A stretch of DNA of 64,000 nucleotides from Octopus bimaculoides. Lineage: Eukaryota. A model generated the notes under the pieces. It did not search any database and was not told where the DNA came from. It was given only the letters and a program-made list of their open reading frames with translations. The position numbers and the translations under genes were made by a program. The stretch is from positions 36,770,466 through 36,834,465 of the forward strand of contig NC_068995.1 of NCBI RefSeq assembly GCF_001194135.2, given 5' to 3'. This document shows, in pieces, positions 52,864 through 63,537 of this stretch. The first letter of the stretch is position 1, and each line of letters starts with the position of its first letter.

Positions 52864-53320
52864 ATGGATGATTTCATGACAGATGAGGAGCAGGACTGCC
52901 ATGGTGATGGCGGGAAGTTGTCTATTCAACTAAACGATGATGATAGTTCTTCAGAGCAGTCATTGAATCCACTTCCTTCAGCTAAGATGTTGACGACCTT
53001 TGCTGAAGATGGCTTCAAGAAGCAATCATCCGAAAGCGATCAAGATTCTGGAAATGGACCACTGATACTTGATTCAACTGAGAATGATGCTAAAGGAGTT
53101 TTACAGAATTCCAAATCCATTTTAAATAATGGTCAGTCAAAGAGTAGTAGAGGTGACAGTAGTCGTCATCGACAAAAAGAAACTCGAAGGAGATCTGGAA
53201 AGCGAAAGTACAAAGAAGAGGAGCCTGAAGATGGTGAAATTCTTGAAGACGGAGAGATTGCCAGTGATGGAGAGAATGATTTTCGGCGTCGAAGGCAACG
53301 AAGAGATGATGATTTCAGTG
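52864..53320 (+). CDS. ZC3H4: ZC3H4/ZC3H6-family CCCH zinc-finger protein, coding exon 1 (acidic N-terminus, tandem EDGEI motifs)
   Basis: Acceptor ctttggtag|52834, in-frame TAA at 52837, ATG at 52864 in gcaATGg context. Reads MDDFMTDEEQ...EPEDGEILEDGEIASDGE...DDDFS; donor G|gtgagt at 53320/1, phase 1. EDGEILEDGEI resembles the EDGELEEGEL segment of vertebrate ZC3H4/6. Confidence 0.85.
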
Positions 53321-54301
53321 GTGAGTTACTGTTACGAAAATTCTGTTTTTCTATGTCTGTTGTTGTGGAATCGGTACAAGTTCTTTTACTTTTTTCTATC
53401 TTTTGTTTCAGTCATTAAACTGTGGCCATGTTGAGGCACCACCCTTAAGAAATTTTAGTCAAATTTATCGCCCCCAGTACTTATTTTTCTAAAGCCTGGT
53501 ACTTATCCTATTGTTCTCTTGCCAAACTGCTATGTTTTGGGGATATAAACACACTAACACCAGTTGTCAAGTGGATTTGGTAGACTGAAACTGAAATATG
53601 CATGCATATATATATATATATATATATGCGTGTGTGTGTTTATTTGTGTAATGTCTGTGTTTCTTCCTCTATACTGCTTGACAACTGGTACTGCTGTGTT
53701 TATGTCCCCGTAACTTAGCAGTTCCACTAAAGAAACTGGTGGAATAAGTTCCAAGCTTTAAAAGTATAAGTACTGGGTTTGATGCATTTGGTTAAAAATT
53801 CTTCAAAGCAGTGCCCCAGCATGGCCGTAGTCTAATGACTGAAACAAGTAAGGGATAAAAGATAAAAGATCTATATATATATATATGTGTATGTGTTTCC
53901 TTGTGTGATTATTGTAAATGAGTGTTACCATCATGCAAATTGTGGCCTTCGTTTCCATTGTTCCATGAAAACTTATTTGGTCATGGGGAAATATTACCTT
54001 ACATGGAAATAGGTGAGGGTTGGTAATAGGAAGGGCATCTGGCTCTAGAAAATCTACATCAATAAATTCTGACCACATCAGCAGCAAAATACAGTGACTT
54101 AAATATATTAATGCAGTTTATCTGTTTGCTTTTTTATGGGGATAAATTTATACAAATCTACATGCTTTGACAAATTCATGACAGTGGGTTGAAGTTTTCT
54201 CCGTGATTGCTTGGCTTTTGAAATCTTTCATTTAAATTACCTTGCGTTTTATGCATAATGAAATCTCGATAAAAATCTAAACTGCCTTTACTTATTTTCA
54301 G

Positions 54302-54462
54302 AAAAATCTGCAAGTAGTGCTGAAGAGTGTGAAATGCGATCTGATGCCAGTGATAATGAAGTTGAAACAGCTGGGAATGAAAAATCTGAAAGTTTATCAA
54401 GACGAGAACGTCGGAAGAGGAAGCGAGAACGCCGAGAAAAACGGCGAAAGAAAAATGAGGCT
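54302..54462 (+). CDS. ZC3H4: ZC3H4-like coding exon 2 (basic R/K-rich NLS-like segment)
   Basis: Acceptor ttattttcag|, phase 1 matches exon 1. (E)KSASSAEECEMRSDASDNE...RRERRKRKRERREKRRKKNEA; donor GCT|gtgagt, phase 0. Confidence 0.85.
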
Positions 54463-55298
54463 GTGAGTACATTTTGTAAAACTGAGTACAATATATGTGT
54501 TTGTATGTGTGTGTGTATATATATATGTATGTATTTATGTGTATATGTATGTATATATATGTGTGTGTCTTTGTGTCTGCCTCCTCCCACTTGACAACTG
54601 GTGTTGGTTTGTTTTTGTCCCTGTGAATAAAAGCATGTAGATATTGGGTTAAAGAAAAACCTCTTTGGACAGAGATAGAAAAAGTCAAAGGCTCTCTGTG
54701 GAACTCGTACCCACATCCCTAAACATGACTTGTTTTAACCAGTGGACCAATCCATTTTACAGTGCTGGTCTAGATGGCATGCATTTTCTAAGAGTAATAT
54801 TTTTTACAGTTTATTGTTAAACCAGTCAGTCAACTGAAACTAAGTGCAATCCTTTCTATATCTTTTTATAAAGTATTTTTTTGTTAACACAACTTTTAAA
54901 TAAATGTACAAATTTGTATGTGGTTATATTTAAAATTTAAATAGTTTGCTTTACAGACAATTTAGATATTTGTTTTCATGAAATAGAATAGTGTATCAAT
55001 AATTCAAAATATAATTCAAAACATCCGCTCCCATATATTATATAAGGGAAGTGGATTTCTGTCTGTTTGTCTGTCACAACATCTATTAAAGGAAAGGAAA
55101 GAAATGGAGGGGTCAGAATATATGTCACAATGTAATTTTAGAAGAAGGGGAGGAGAAAAAGTTGTTGAGAGAAATAGAGAGAGAGTGTGTGTGTGTGTGT
55201 GTTTGCAAGAGATAGATAGTGTTGTCACCATATTTGATTTAAATCATGGGAATTTTAAGTGCAAGTCTGTCAGCACAATGCAACACACTTCAAAAAGA

Positions 55299-55334
<36 letters not shown>

Positions 55335-55595
55335 NNNNNNNNNNNNNNNNNNNNNNNNNNNNNNNNNNNNNNNNNNNGTCTGTGTGTTTTGGGTTACTCT
55401 ATAGTTATTTTTTTTGGTTGTTTGTGTGTTTCTGTGTCTTTCAACATGTAGACAATGCAACACAGACTTTACCAAAAGACTTTCACGTTGAACAATTTAT
55501 GAAAGTATGTGCTTGATTAACAAATATTTTTACCAGAAGCATAATGATGGGCAGCGATCTAGTTATATATATATATATATTAATGTATTTTGCAG

Positions 55596-55816
55596 AAGAA
55601 AAAAAGAAGACGGCTAGAATATGTTGATCATGATAAAGTAGATGATGGATTTAATTGGAACCTGTCGAGTAAGGGCCGCACTCTTCCTGGTCCTTATGAC
55701 AGTCCTTCTGATAAGCAGTCATCAAGCCCATATAGAAGTCCTGGTGGACCCTATGATAGTCCATATGAAAGTCCTCCTGGTTTATATGACAGTCCGTCAG
55801 AGGATGAAGAAGACAA
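55596..55816 (+). CDS. ZC3H4: ZC3H4-like coding exon 3 (YxSP repeat region)
   Basis: Acceptor gtattttgcag|, phase 0. KKKRRRLEYVDHD...GPYDSP...YRSP...YDSPYESP...YDSPSEDEED; donor AA|gtaggt, phase 2, splices out before the TAG at 55818. Confidence 0.85.
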
Positions 55817-55927
55817 GTAGGTTTATGTTTTGTTTTTTCTTTGTTAAGTTTAGTTCTCTTATGAAATTTCCATTTCATTTCTTACATATACTTCTACACG
55901 TATTTATATATATATTTATGTTTACAG

Positions 55928-55994
55928 CTACCCACCGAGTTTGTTGAGTATGGTTGGAGATGGGTTTATTGATATGGCTGTTGCTGATAAAGAT
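55928..55994 (+). CDS. ZC3H4: ZC3H4-like coding exon 4 (67 nt, absent from ORF track)
   Basis: Acceptor gtttacag| and donor GAT|gtaagt. Open in the required phase (2 to 0): (N)YPPSLLSMVGDGFIDMAVADKD. Confidence 0.7.
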
Positions 55995-56077
55995 GTAAGT
56001 CTACTATAAATTATTTTATATCTTGTCTTAACTTGTGTGACAGATTGATGATCAATTTTATTATTATTATTATTAAA

Positions 56078-56810
56078 GCTGTAAGGCGGTAATCTGGCAG
56101 AATCATTAACCTGCCAGGCAAAGTGCCTAGTGGCATTTTGTCTGTCTTTATGTTTTGAGTTCAAATTCTGCCAAGGTCGACTTTGCCTTTCATCCTTTTG
56201 GGGTTGATAAATTAAGTACCAGTCAAGAACTGGGGTTGATGCAATCAACTATCCCCCCTCCCCCAAATTTCAGGCCATATGTCTATAGTAGAAAGGATTA
56301 TTGTTGTTGTTGCTGTTGCTGCTGCTGTTGTTGTTAAACTGCTGATGTTGGTGAGCTGGCAGAATCATTAACATGCCAGGCAAAATGCTTAATGGCATTT
56401 CATCTGTCTTTATGTTCTGAGTTTAAATTCTGCCAAAGTTGATTTTTGCCTGTCATCCTTTCAAGGGCGATAAAATAAGTTTCAGTTGAGCACTGGGGTA
56501 AATGTAAGGTAAATGTAATTGACTCTCACCTGTGCCCCCAAAATTGTTGGCTTTGTGCCAAAATTTGAAACCATTATTATTATTATTATTATTAAGAAAC
56601 TGCTGACAGTAGTGAGCTGGCAGAGTTGTTAGCATGCTGGACAAAATAGTGGCATTTCATCCATTGGTACCTTTCTAAGTTCAAATTCCACCGAAGTCAA
56701 CTTTGCCTTTCATCGTTTTAGAGTTGGTGAAAATAAGTCCCAGTTGACCACTGAGGGTTAATGTAATTGACTAGCCCCCTCTCACTCTAAACTTCAGGCC
56801 CTGTGCGTTT
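56078..56810 (+). mobile_element. Head-to-tail array of three (ATT)n-tailed SINEs in ZC3H4 intron
   Basis: Units at about 56080-56300, 56345-56575 and 56605-56810, each starting ...ctggcagaatc.ttaac and separated by (ATT)n or (GTT/GCT)n. Confidence 0.85.
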
Positions 56811-56838
56811 AGCTGAAAGACTTATTCAGCTGTCGAGG

Positions 56839-57111
56839 NNNNNNNNNNNNNNNNNNNNNNNNNNNNNNNNNNNNNNNNNNNNNNNNNNNNNNNNNNNNNN
56901 NNNNNNNNNNNNNNNNNNNNNNNNNNNNNNNNNNNNNNNNNNNNNNNNNNNNNNNNNNNNNNNNNNNNNNNNNNNNNNNNNNNNNNNNNNNNNNNNNNNN
57001 NNNNNNNNNNNNNNNNNNNNNNNNNNNNNNNNNNNNNNNNNNNNNNNNNNNNNNNNNNNNNNNNNNNNNNNNNNNNNNNNNNNNNNNNNNNNNNNNNNNN
57101 NNNNNNNNNNN
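56839..57111. other. Assembly gap; others at 8589-9386, 9931-10650, 15861-16489, 17136-17235, 21257-21266, 32902-33099, 34775-35592 and 55335-55376
   Basis: Runs of N, several abutting (AT)n or (AG)n tracts. Confidence 1.
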
Positions 57112-57894
57112 TCTTTGAATTTGTTTTTAATCAGAGTTTAAGGTATGGGCAGTCGGCACTTTTTGCTTTTATCCCAGCAATGGACCACCTTTGGGGGCGT
57201 CATCATTCCATTAAATATGTTTATGGGGAGAAAAATATTGAAAAAATATCAATACATGTCCGAGTATCAAAGAAACTAGGAAGGTTTCAGGTGGTCATGA
57301 GATGTCTTAGAAACAACATTTAAAATTTTCTTAAATCACATACAAAAAAATTTTTTTTTTTTTAATAATCATATGAATTCCTGTGTACAGTACACAAATT
57401 TTCCAAAAATTTCTGAAAATTCCAAACAATATAAAGTTTGCAAAGTTAAACCAGAATTCCAGTATTGAACATTCATTCAATGTAATCTTTCATTGATGTA
57501 ATTCCTTTATTAAGTAGGGAGGAAACAAGATATAATATACATGTAAATTAAATGTTTTTCTTTATCTCTTGTTATTTAGTTCATTGCAGAGGAGCAATAC
57601 CCCATGATTTTTGTAAGGTTTTCTAAATTGCTAACGAAGATCAATCTGGATGATTTCCCACCAATATCTCTGGAGAGTGATGTCTGTGGAGAATATATTG
57701 TTGGTGTGATATGCTTGTAGGGGAGGAAGGGCTGAGCAAAGTTTTTATTGTAGGGTTTGAAATACGAGACATAGTAGGGATTATGAGTGGGCTGGGTCAG
57801 TGGTATGGCTTTTCCAGCTGAGTAGAATGAATAATAAAGATGGAAGAGAAGAAACAGTGTGTCTGAGCTAATACTTGAGGGAAACTTTGTCGAT

Positions 57895-58348
57895 AATCTG
57901 GATGAATTTTATTTGTAGTGGAGGGGCGTGTGGAAGGGGTGGGCTAAACTGGTTAGAAAGGATCTTCAGATGTTGAGCGTCACAGGAAGAATGACGAGGG
58001 ACCAAGACTCCTGGCAGTTTGCTGTACTTGAGAAGACATTCCAAGCTAAGTAAAATCATGGTTGTCCATGTATGCAGGCAGGCTTGTTCTTTACATCTCT
58101 CTCTCAGCTAAGAGATCCTAGCCTTGTGGGTTCGGGTGTGCCAGTGCCACATAAAAGCATCCATGTCAGTGCCACGCAAAAGCACCCAGAACACTCTGTA
58201 AAGGGTTGGCTTTAGGAAGGGCATCCAGCCATAGAAACCATGCCAAACAGACAAATGGAGTCTGGGCAGCCCTTGAGCTGGCCAACTTCTGTCAAACTAT
58301 CCAACCCATGCCAGCATGGAGAATGAACGTTAAAAAATGATGATGATG
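57895..58348 (+). mobile_element. RTE LINE 3' end in ZC3H4 intron
   Basis: KLVRKDLQMLSVTGRMTRDQDSWQFAVLEKT followed by the UTR family (taggaagggcatccagc...aacccatgccagcatgga...gatgatgatg). Confidence 0.75.
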
Positions 58349-58842
58349 TGTAAGATATCTGTGAGTAGCACTAACACCATCTTGGATACAAGATTCGCAT
58401 TCTAATGTAGAGAGTATTTAGGGCTGAAGTATTTTGTTCTGTTGAGGAAGTCTGTTAGAGATTCAGTTTTAACAATTTTATAGTGAATTGGTCATTATGG
58501 ATGAAACATCATTTGAGATTCGGAGATTTATCATTTGTAGTGGCTTTGAGAGTTTTAAGTTCCTATTGTGTATAGGTTTGCATGTGGGTAAAAGATAGAT
58601 ATACAGGTGTGTATTTGCATTTTACATATTTGCATGTGATGTGTTTTGTAGTTCCTTTTAGCCAACTATTACAACTTAGACTGTGGTGGAATCTTTATTG
58701 AAAAATAAAGTTCACAAAAAAACTAAATGTCTATTAGATGACAAAAACCTCTTTCTTGCATTGTCAGGTAAAAATTGTTCTTTCTCTTTTTTTTTTTTTA
58801 CCCTACAATAACCTTTTGCCTATTTTTCTTCTCATTTATTAG

Positions 58843-58951
58843 GCTGAAGATTGTCCTTACAGTCATGACTTCATACCACCAAAGAAATCCGAAATATGCA
58901 AATTCTATTTAAACTCCATTTGTACAAAAGAGGGCTGTCTATTTATGCATG
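58843..58951 (+). CDS. ZC3H4: ZC3H4-like exon: second half of CCCH finger 1 plus finger 2
   Basis: Acceptor ctcatttattag|. AEDCPYSHDFIPPKKSEICKFYLNSICTKEGCLFMH(G); donor G|gttagt, phase 1. Matches the family pattern C-x3-H...KK.E.CKFY....C....C..MHG. Confidence 0.92.
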
Positions 58952-59175
58952 GTTAGTTGAAATTTAAAATTAATCAAAATTCTGTAATTTTTTATGTTTT
59001 TTATTATTCTGTGACATCTTTCAAAATTAGAAGAAAAAAATAAAAAGAATAGAAAGGTAATTTTCATGCATCATTGTGTTAAATAAAATCTAATTAAGAG
59101 TATTTTGAAATTTAAAAGTAAAGTTAAAGTATTCTTCAATTTTAAAAAATATTTACTGATTTTATTTTTTCGCAG

Positions 59176-59285
59176 GCGAGTACCCTTGTAAATATTTCCA
59201 CACTGGTGCTCAATGTTACCAAGGAGAAAACTGTAAATTTTCACATGAGCCACTGAACGAAGAAACAAAAATACTTCTGCAAAAG
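59176..59285 (+). CDS. ZC3H4: ZC3H4-like exon: CCCH finger 3
   Basis: Acceptor ttttttcgcag|. (G)[36 protein letters not shown] is a C-x8-C-x5-C-x3-H finger followed by the family-typical SH.PL.EET..LL; donor AAG|gttagc, phase 0. Confidence 0.93.
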
Positions 59286-60652
59286 GTTAGCTTTTTTTGT
59301 CTGATATATCATTAAATACAATATTAATTTTTCTTAATGCTTTCATAACTTAAGGTACAGGTAGCTGTGTGGTTAAGAAGCTTGCTTCCTAACCACATGG
59401 TTCTGGGTTCCGTCCCACTGCTTGGTACCTTGGACAAGTGCCTTCTACTGTAACAATGGGATTTTACAGATGGAAACTGAAAGAAGACTGTTGTATGTGT
59501 GTATGTATGCCCCAATATTAGATTGCTTATAAGCTTTAAGCTTATAAAATATTATTATTCCTCACAGAATTGTCACTCATCACCGCTTCTCAAATCATTG
59601 CAGAAAACACACATGCTTGTTTGTTTAAAAAAACAATACTATGAAATTATAGTTCTTAAATCTAAGGAAGAAGTGAGTGGGTATCATCCTCATCATTGTT
59701 AAACATCCACCTTCCATGCTAGCATGGGTTGGACTAGTATGTTGATGTAAATGGTAGCACATTTATCTTGAATTTACAGTGGTGTGGGTTTGAGTCCCAT
59801 GCATACAGAAAATTCACTTTTTTTTCTGTCAAGGGCTTATATGTCCCAATATTAGACTATTTACTTTAGTCAATACACGTGGTGATCACTTACAAGTTTT
59901 AAGCTTATAAAATATTATTATTATTTACAGAATATATATATATATATATCTGTGTATATGTTTATGCATGTGTTACTATTTCCTTATTTCAGTATTGCAT
60001 GATAGTTGTAAATGAGTATCACCATCATGCAGTGCTGCCCATTATTGCCAATCTTGTTTGAAGATGTCTGGGCATGGAGAAATATTGCCTTAATTGGAAA
60101 TAGGTTGAAGGTTGGCACCAGGAAGGGCATCTGGCCATAGAAAAATCCACCTCTACAAATTCCATCCAACTCATGCAAGCATGGAAAAGTGGATGTTAGA
60201 ATGATGATGATTTCATTTAAATGCTAAAGTAATCACAAATTTAGATTGGTTTCATAAAACAACAACATACATGGCCTAAATATTTTTCCAGTTTATGTTC
60301 AAACCAGCCAGATGTGACCTCTCACACTGACCCAACAATGTCCTTCTAGAAATAAGTAATCACATCATAAAAATCTGAAAGCTGCAAAATGATGCATGAT
60401 TAATTCAAAACAATGTGAATAAATAAGCATTACATTTCACAATCTCTATGCTAAAGGGTTAGATATAAATAGGTAAATCTAGGCATTTTCAAGTGCTTTG
60501 GTAAAAGAGACTGTTTGTGTTGTTTTGATAATGAAAATGTTAACTAAATATACTTCACAACTTGCAATATTTCATTATTAAAATTTCACTTTATAATTCA
60601 ACAAAGCTAAGATTTCTCATGATGATAAATATGTTTTTTTTTCTTCTTCTAG

Positions 60653-60695
60653 GCCCTTGATAATCGAGATGATGAAAGATCAGATGATTCTGATG
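60653..60695 (+). CDS. ZC3H4: ZC3H4-like 43-nt exon
   Basis: Acceptor ttttcttcttctag|. ALDNRDDERSDDSD; donor G|gtaatt. Phases 0 to 1 fit both neighbours. Confidence 0.8.
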
Positions 60696-61793
60696 GTAAT
60701 TTATTTGTTTATTTTTCTCATTTATTTATTTACATAATTATTCCTGGTGAGGTTCTTTTTAAATGATTTTTTTTTTGGTCTTGGAGAAATGGGCAGTGGA
60801 TCCTCTGAGACCAGTGAGACTGATGTAATTGAACAACTGCGAGTTAATGGCTCATGAAAAGTGTGAGCAAGGAAGGAATTTCAGAAGGTTTATGTTGTGG
60901 ACAATGACTAGGAAAGGGGTTTATATGGACTTGAAGAGTACGGGGATATACACAGTATTGCTCAGGAGGGCTTGAGTGGAGGTAGTATGAGATCTACCAG
61001 CTCTGAGGAGCAGATGCCACTGTAGTAGTGTGGCTGAGCGAAGAATGGGTGGAATTTATTGGCAGTTGACTTCAAACCTATCAGTTGAGTGGCCTTTTTT
61101 TAGATCTAGGATCTCTATGTGTAATAGTAGTAGTGTTGTCCCATTGTTGATAAGTGTATGCTAAAATGATGATGGGCCAATGCTTGTATTGCATAACTGA
61201 CACTTGTGATGGTGGCATGTAAAAAGCATCCATTATACTCTTGGAGTGGTTGGCATTAGGAAGGGCATCCAATCATAGAAACAATGCCAAATCAAATTGG
61301 AACCTGGTGCAGCTTACCAGTTTCAGTCTAACCATCTAACCCATGCCAACATGGAAAGCAGATGCTAAATGATGATAATGATGCAATAACATTGTTTTCA
61401 TCAAATTTCTTGTGTATTGTAAAGACATTGTTAGGGCTAGTGACTTTGTTGGATTGAAGTGACCTGAACTGCTTTTATACTTAATATGTTTATGTACTGT
61501 GATGGTGAGGTTATTGGAGTGGAGACGATTACTTATATACCGTTTCTAAGGTGTATAAGTAACTGAAATTGCAACACCTTCCTGAATGGGATGCTAGTCT
61601 GTCATAGGGTTAACTTCCCAGCTATTGTTGGAACTCATTTACAGCTGAGTGAATGGGAACAATATGAAATAAAGTGTTTTGCTTAAGAACACCATACATT
61701 GCCTGGTCCAGGAATCAAAGTTATGATCTTACAATTTTGAGTATATCTTAACCACTAGGCCATGCACCTTTACCTCTCTGGTATTCTACTGCA

Positions 61794-62175
61794 TCATCAT
61801 CGTTTAACGTCCGTTTTCCATGCTAGCATGGGTTGGACGGTTTGACTGAGGACTGGTGAAACCAGATGGCTACACCAGGCTCCAATCTGATTTGGCAGAG
61901 TTTCTACAGCTGGATGCCCTTCCTAACGCCAACCACTCAGAGAGTGTAGTGGGTGCTTTTACGTGTCACCCGCACAAAGGCCAGTCAGGCGGTACTGGCA
62001 ACAGCCACGCTCAAAATGGTGCATTTTATGTGCCACCCGCGCAAGAGCCAGTCCAGGGGCTCTGGCAATGATCTTGCTCGAAAATCCTTACACATGTCAC
62101 GGGCACAAGTGCCAGAAAGGTGACGCTGGGCACAGGTGCCATCCCGATTTCGCTTTCGCTTGCCCCAATAAGTCT
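61794..62175 (-). mobile_element. RTE 3' UTR copy, antisense; related minus-strand copy at 21833-22150
   Basis: catcatcatcgtttaacgtccg...ctacagctggatgcccttcctaacgccaaccactc is the reverse complement of the UTR family. Confidence 0.85.
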
Positions 62176-62407
62176 TCGCAAACTAAAATATTTGAATTCT
62201 GTTATTTTTGTTCATTATATTTTTACAAGAATGGCTTTAACTATAATTATTGGGATTCTGAAACATAGAAACTAGAATATTTCAATACTGTAAATTACTT
62301 ACATTAACTGTTGGCCGTGAAGAAATTTATGGTGTTAAGAAAAATTCATCTCTTTACTAACATTCATCGCACATTTTAAGACATCTTTAAAAAATATTTT
62401 TGTTTAG

Positions 62408-62576
62408 ATTCCCTTACACATGAAAGTTTAGAACATATGAGAGATAAAGGAGGCAACCAAGCACCTGGATCAAATGGAGGAAGCAAGAAGATACCTTCTT
62501 TGTTTGATATCAAAGTCTACCCACCTGGTCAGAGTCCTAAAAAGCCACAAGGTTCTACTGTACAGCCACCTGGCAG
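62408..62576 (+). CDS. ZC3H4: ZC3H4-like exon with conserved KIPSLFDI motif
   Basis: Acceptor tttgtttag|. (D)SLTHESLEHMRDKGGNQAPGSNGGSKKIPSLFDIKVYPPGQSPKKPQGSTVQPPG(R); donor AG|gtaagg, phase 2. PSLFDI resembles the PSLFEI motif downstream of the fingers in ZC3H4/6. Confidence 0.88.
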
Positions 62577-62932
62577 GTAAGGCACGAGTTAAAAATATAA
62601 ATTCAGATAATATGCTTGCATTATAATCTAGTCTTAAATGTTTTGATTTCAAAAATATTTTCAGTTTGGTGATATAACAAATTTTTTTTTCAATCAAAAT
62701 TCACATATTAGAATGATTGGCATGTTTTATGTAGTCTCCACTTTGAAAAACTAAAATTTCAGCTATGTCTGAAATATTATTTGTTCATATTGGTAATGAG
62801 TTCCATAATATACTGATTGATTTTTGTGACATGAAGTCTATTCTTTATTTTTAGATATTGAAGAAATATCTGTAAATCTGTCCACAAAACAAAACAAACC
62901 TCATAAAACAACATTTGTACTCTAACCCTTTA

Positions 62933-63089
62933 ATATTCAGACTGACCATATCAGCCCAGATATTCTTCCTGTTTTATATTCAAACTGACCAGATCAGGTC
63001 TCTCACATCTACCCGACAATGTTATTCTTAAAATAAACAATCACATCATTGATATCTTGAAGCTAAAAGATAATGCATGATTAATTGAG

Positions 63090-63122
<33 letters not shown>

Positions 63123-63429
63123 GTTTAACGTCCGCTTTTCATGCTAGCATGGGTTGGACGATTTGACTGAGGACTGGTGAAACCAGATGGCTACACCAGG
63201 CTCCAATCTGATTTGGCAGAGTTTCTACAGCTGGATGCCCTTCCTAAACGCCAACCACTCAGAGAGTGTAGTGGGTGCTTTTATGTGTCACCCGCACGAA
63301 GGCCAGTCAGGCGGTACTGGCAACGGCCACGCTCAAAATGGTGCATTTTATGTGCCACCCGCACAAGAGCCAATCCTTGAATAAATAAACATAACATTTG
63401 ACAGAGTGATTTGAATGTCAAAGGGTTAA
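62933..63429. mobile_element. piggyBac-like MITE (taaccc...gggttaa) interrupted by an RTE UTR; related uninterrupted copy at ~60215-60462
   Basis: Termini taaccctttaatattc and aatgtcaaagggttaa. The 60.3-60.4 kb copy reads through the insertion point (gcatgattaatt...gaataaataa). Confidence 0.6.
63091..63375 (-). mobile_element. RTE 3' UTR copy, antisense, nested in a MITE; nearly identical to 61794-62050
   Basis: (CAT)n then gtttaacgtccgc...; almost base-for-base match to the 61794 copy. Confidence 0.85.
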
Positions 63430-63537
63430 ATTAGAAGCTGATATGTGCTTTATGTGAATTATTGTATGTTTTATGGGAGAGTTCTTTTGTAGTTCATTAT
63501 TTAAACAATTGTTTTTGTTTTTTTACATCTGTTTCAG

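Noticed and set aside
53321-53418. ORF-track extension of the 52849 ORF past 53320 (similarly 54463-54594)
   Set aside because: Read-through into intron and SINE sequence beyond a canonical GTGAGT donor.
57112-58842. Alternative location for the missing zinc-finger-1 exon
   Set aside because: Acceptor-like sites near 57177 and 57589 lead to stops in phase 0 and contain no C-x8-C motif.
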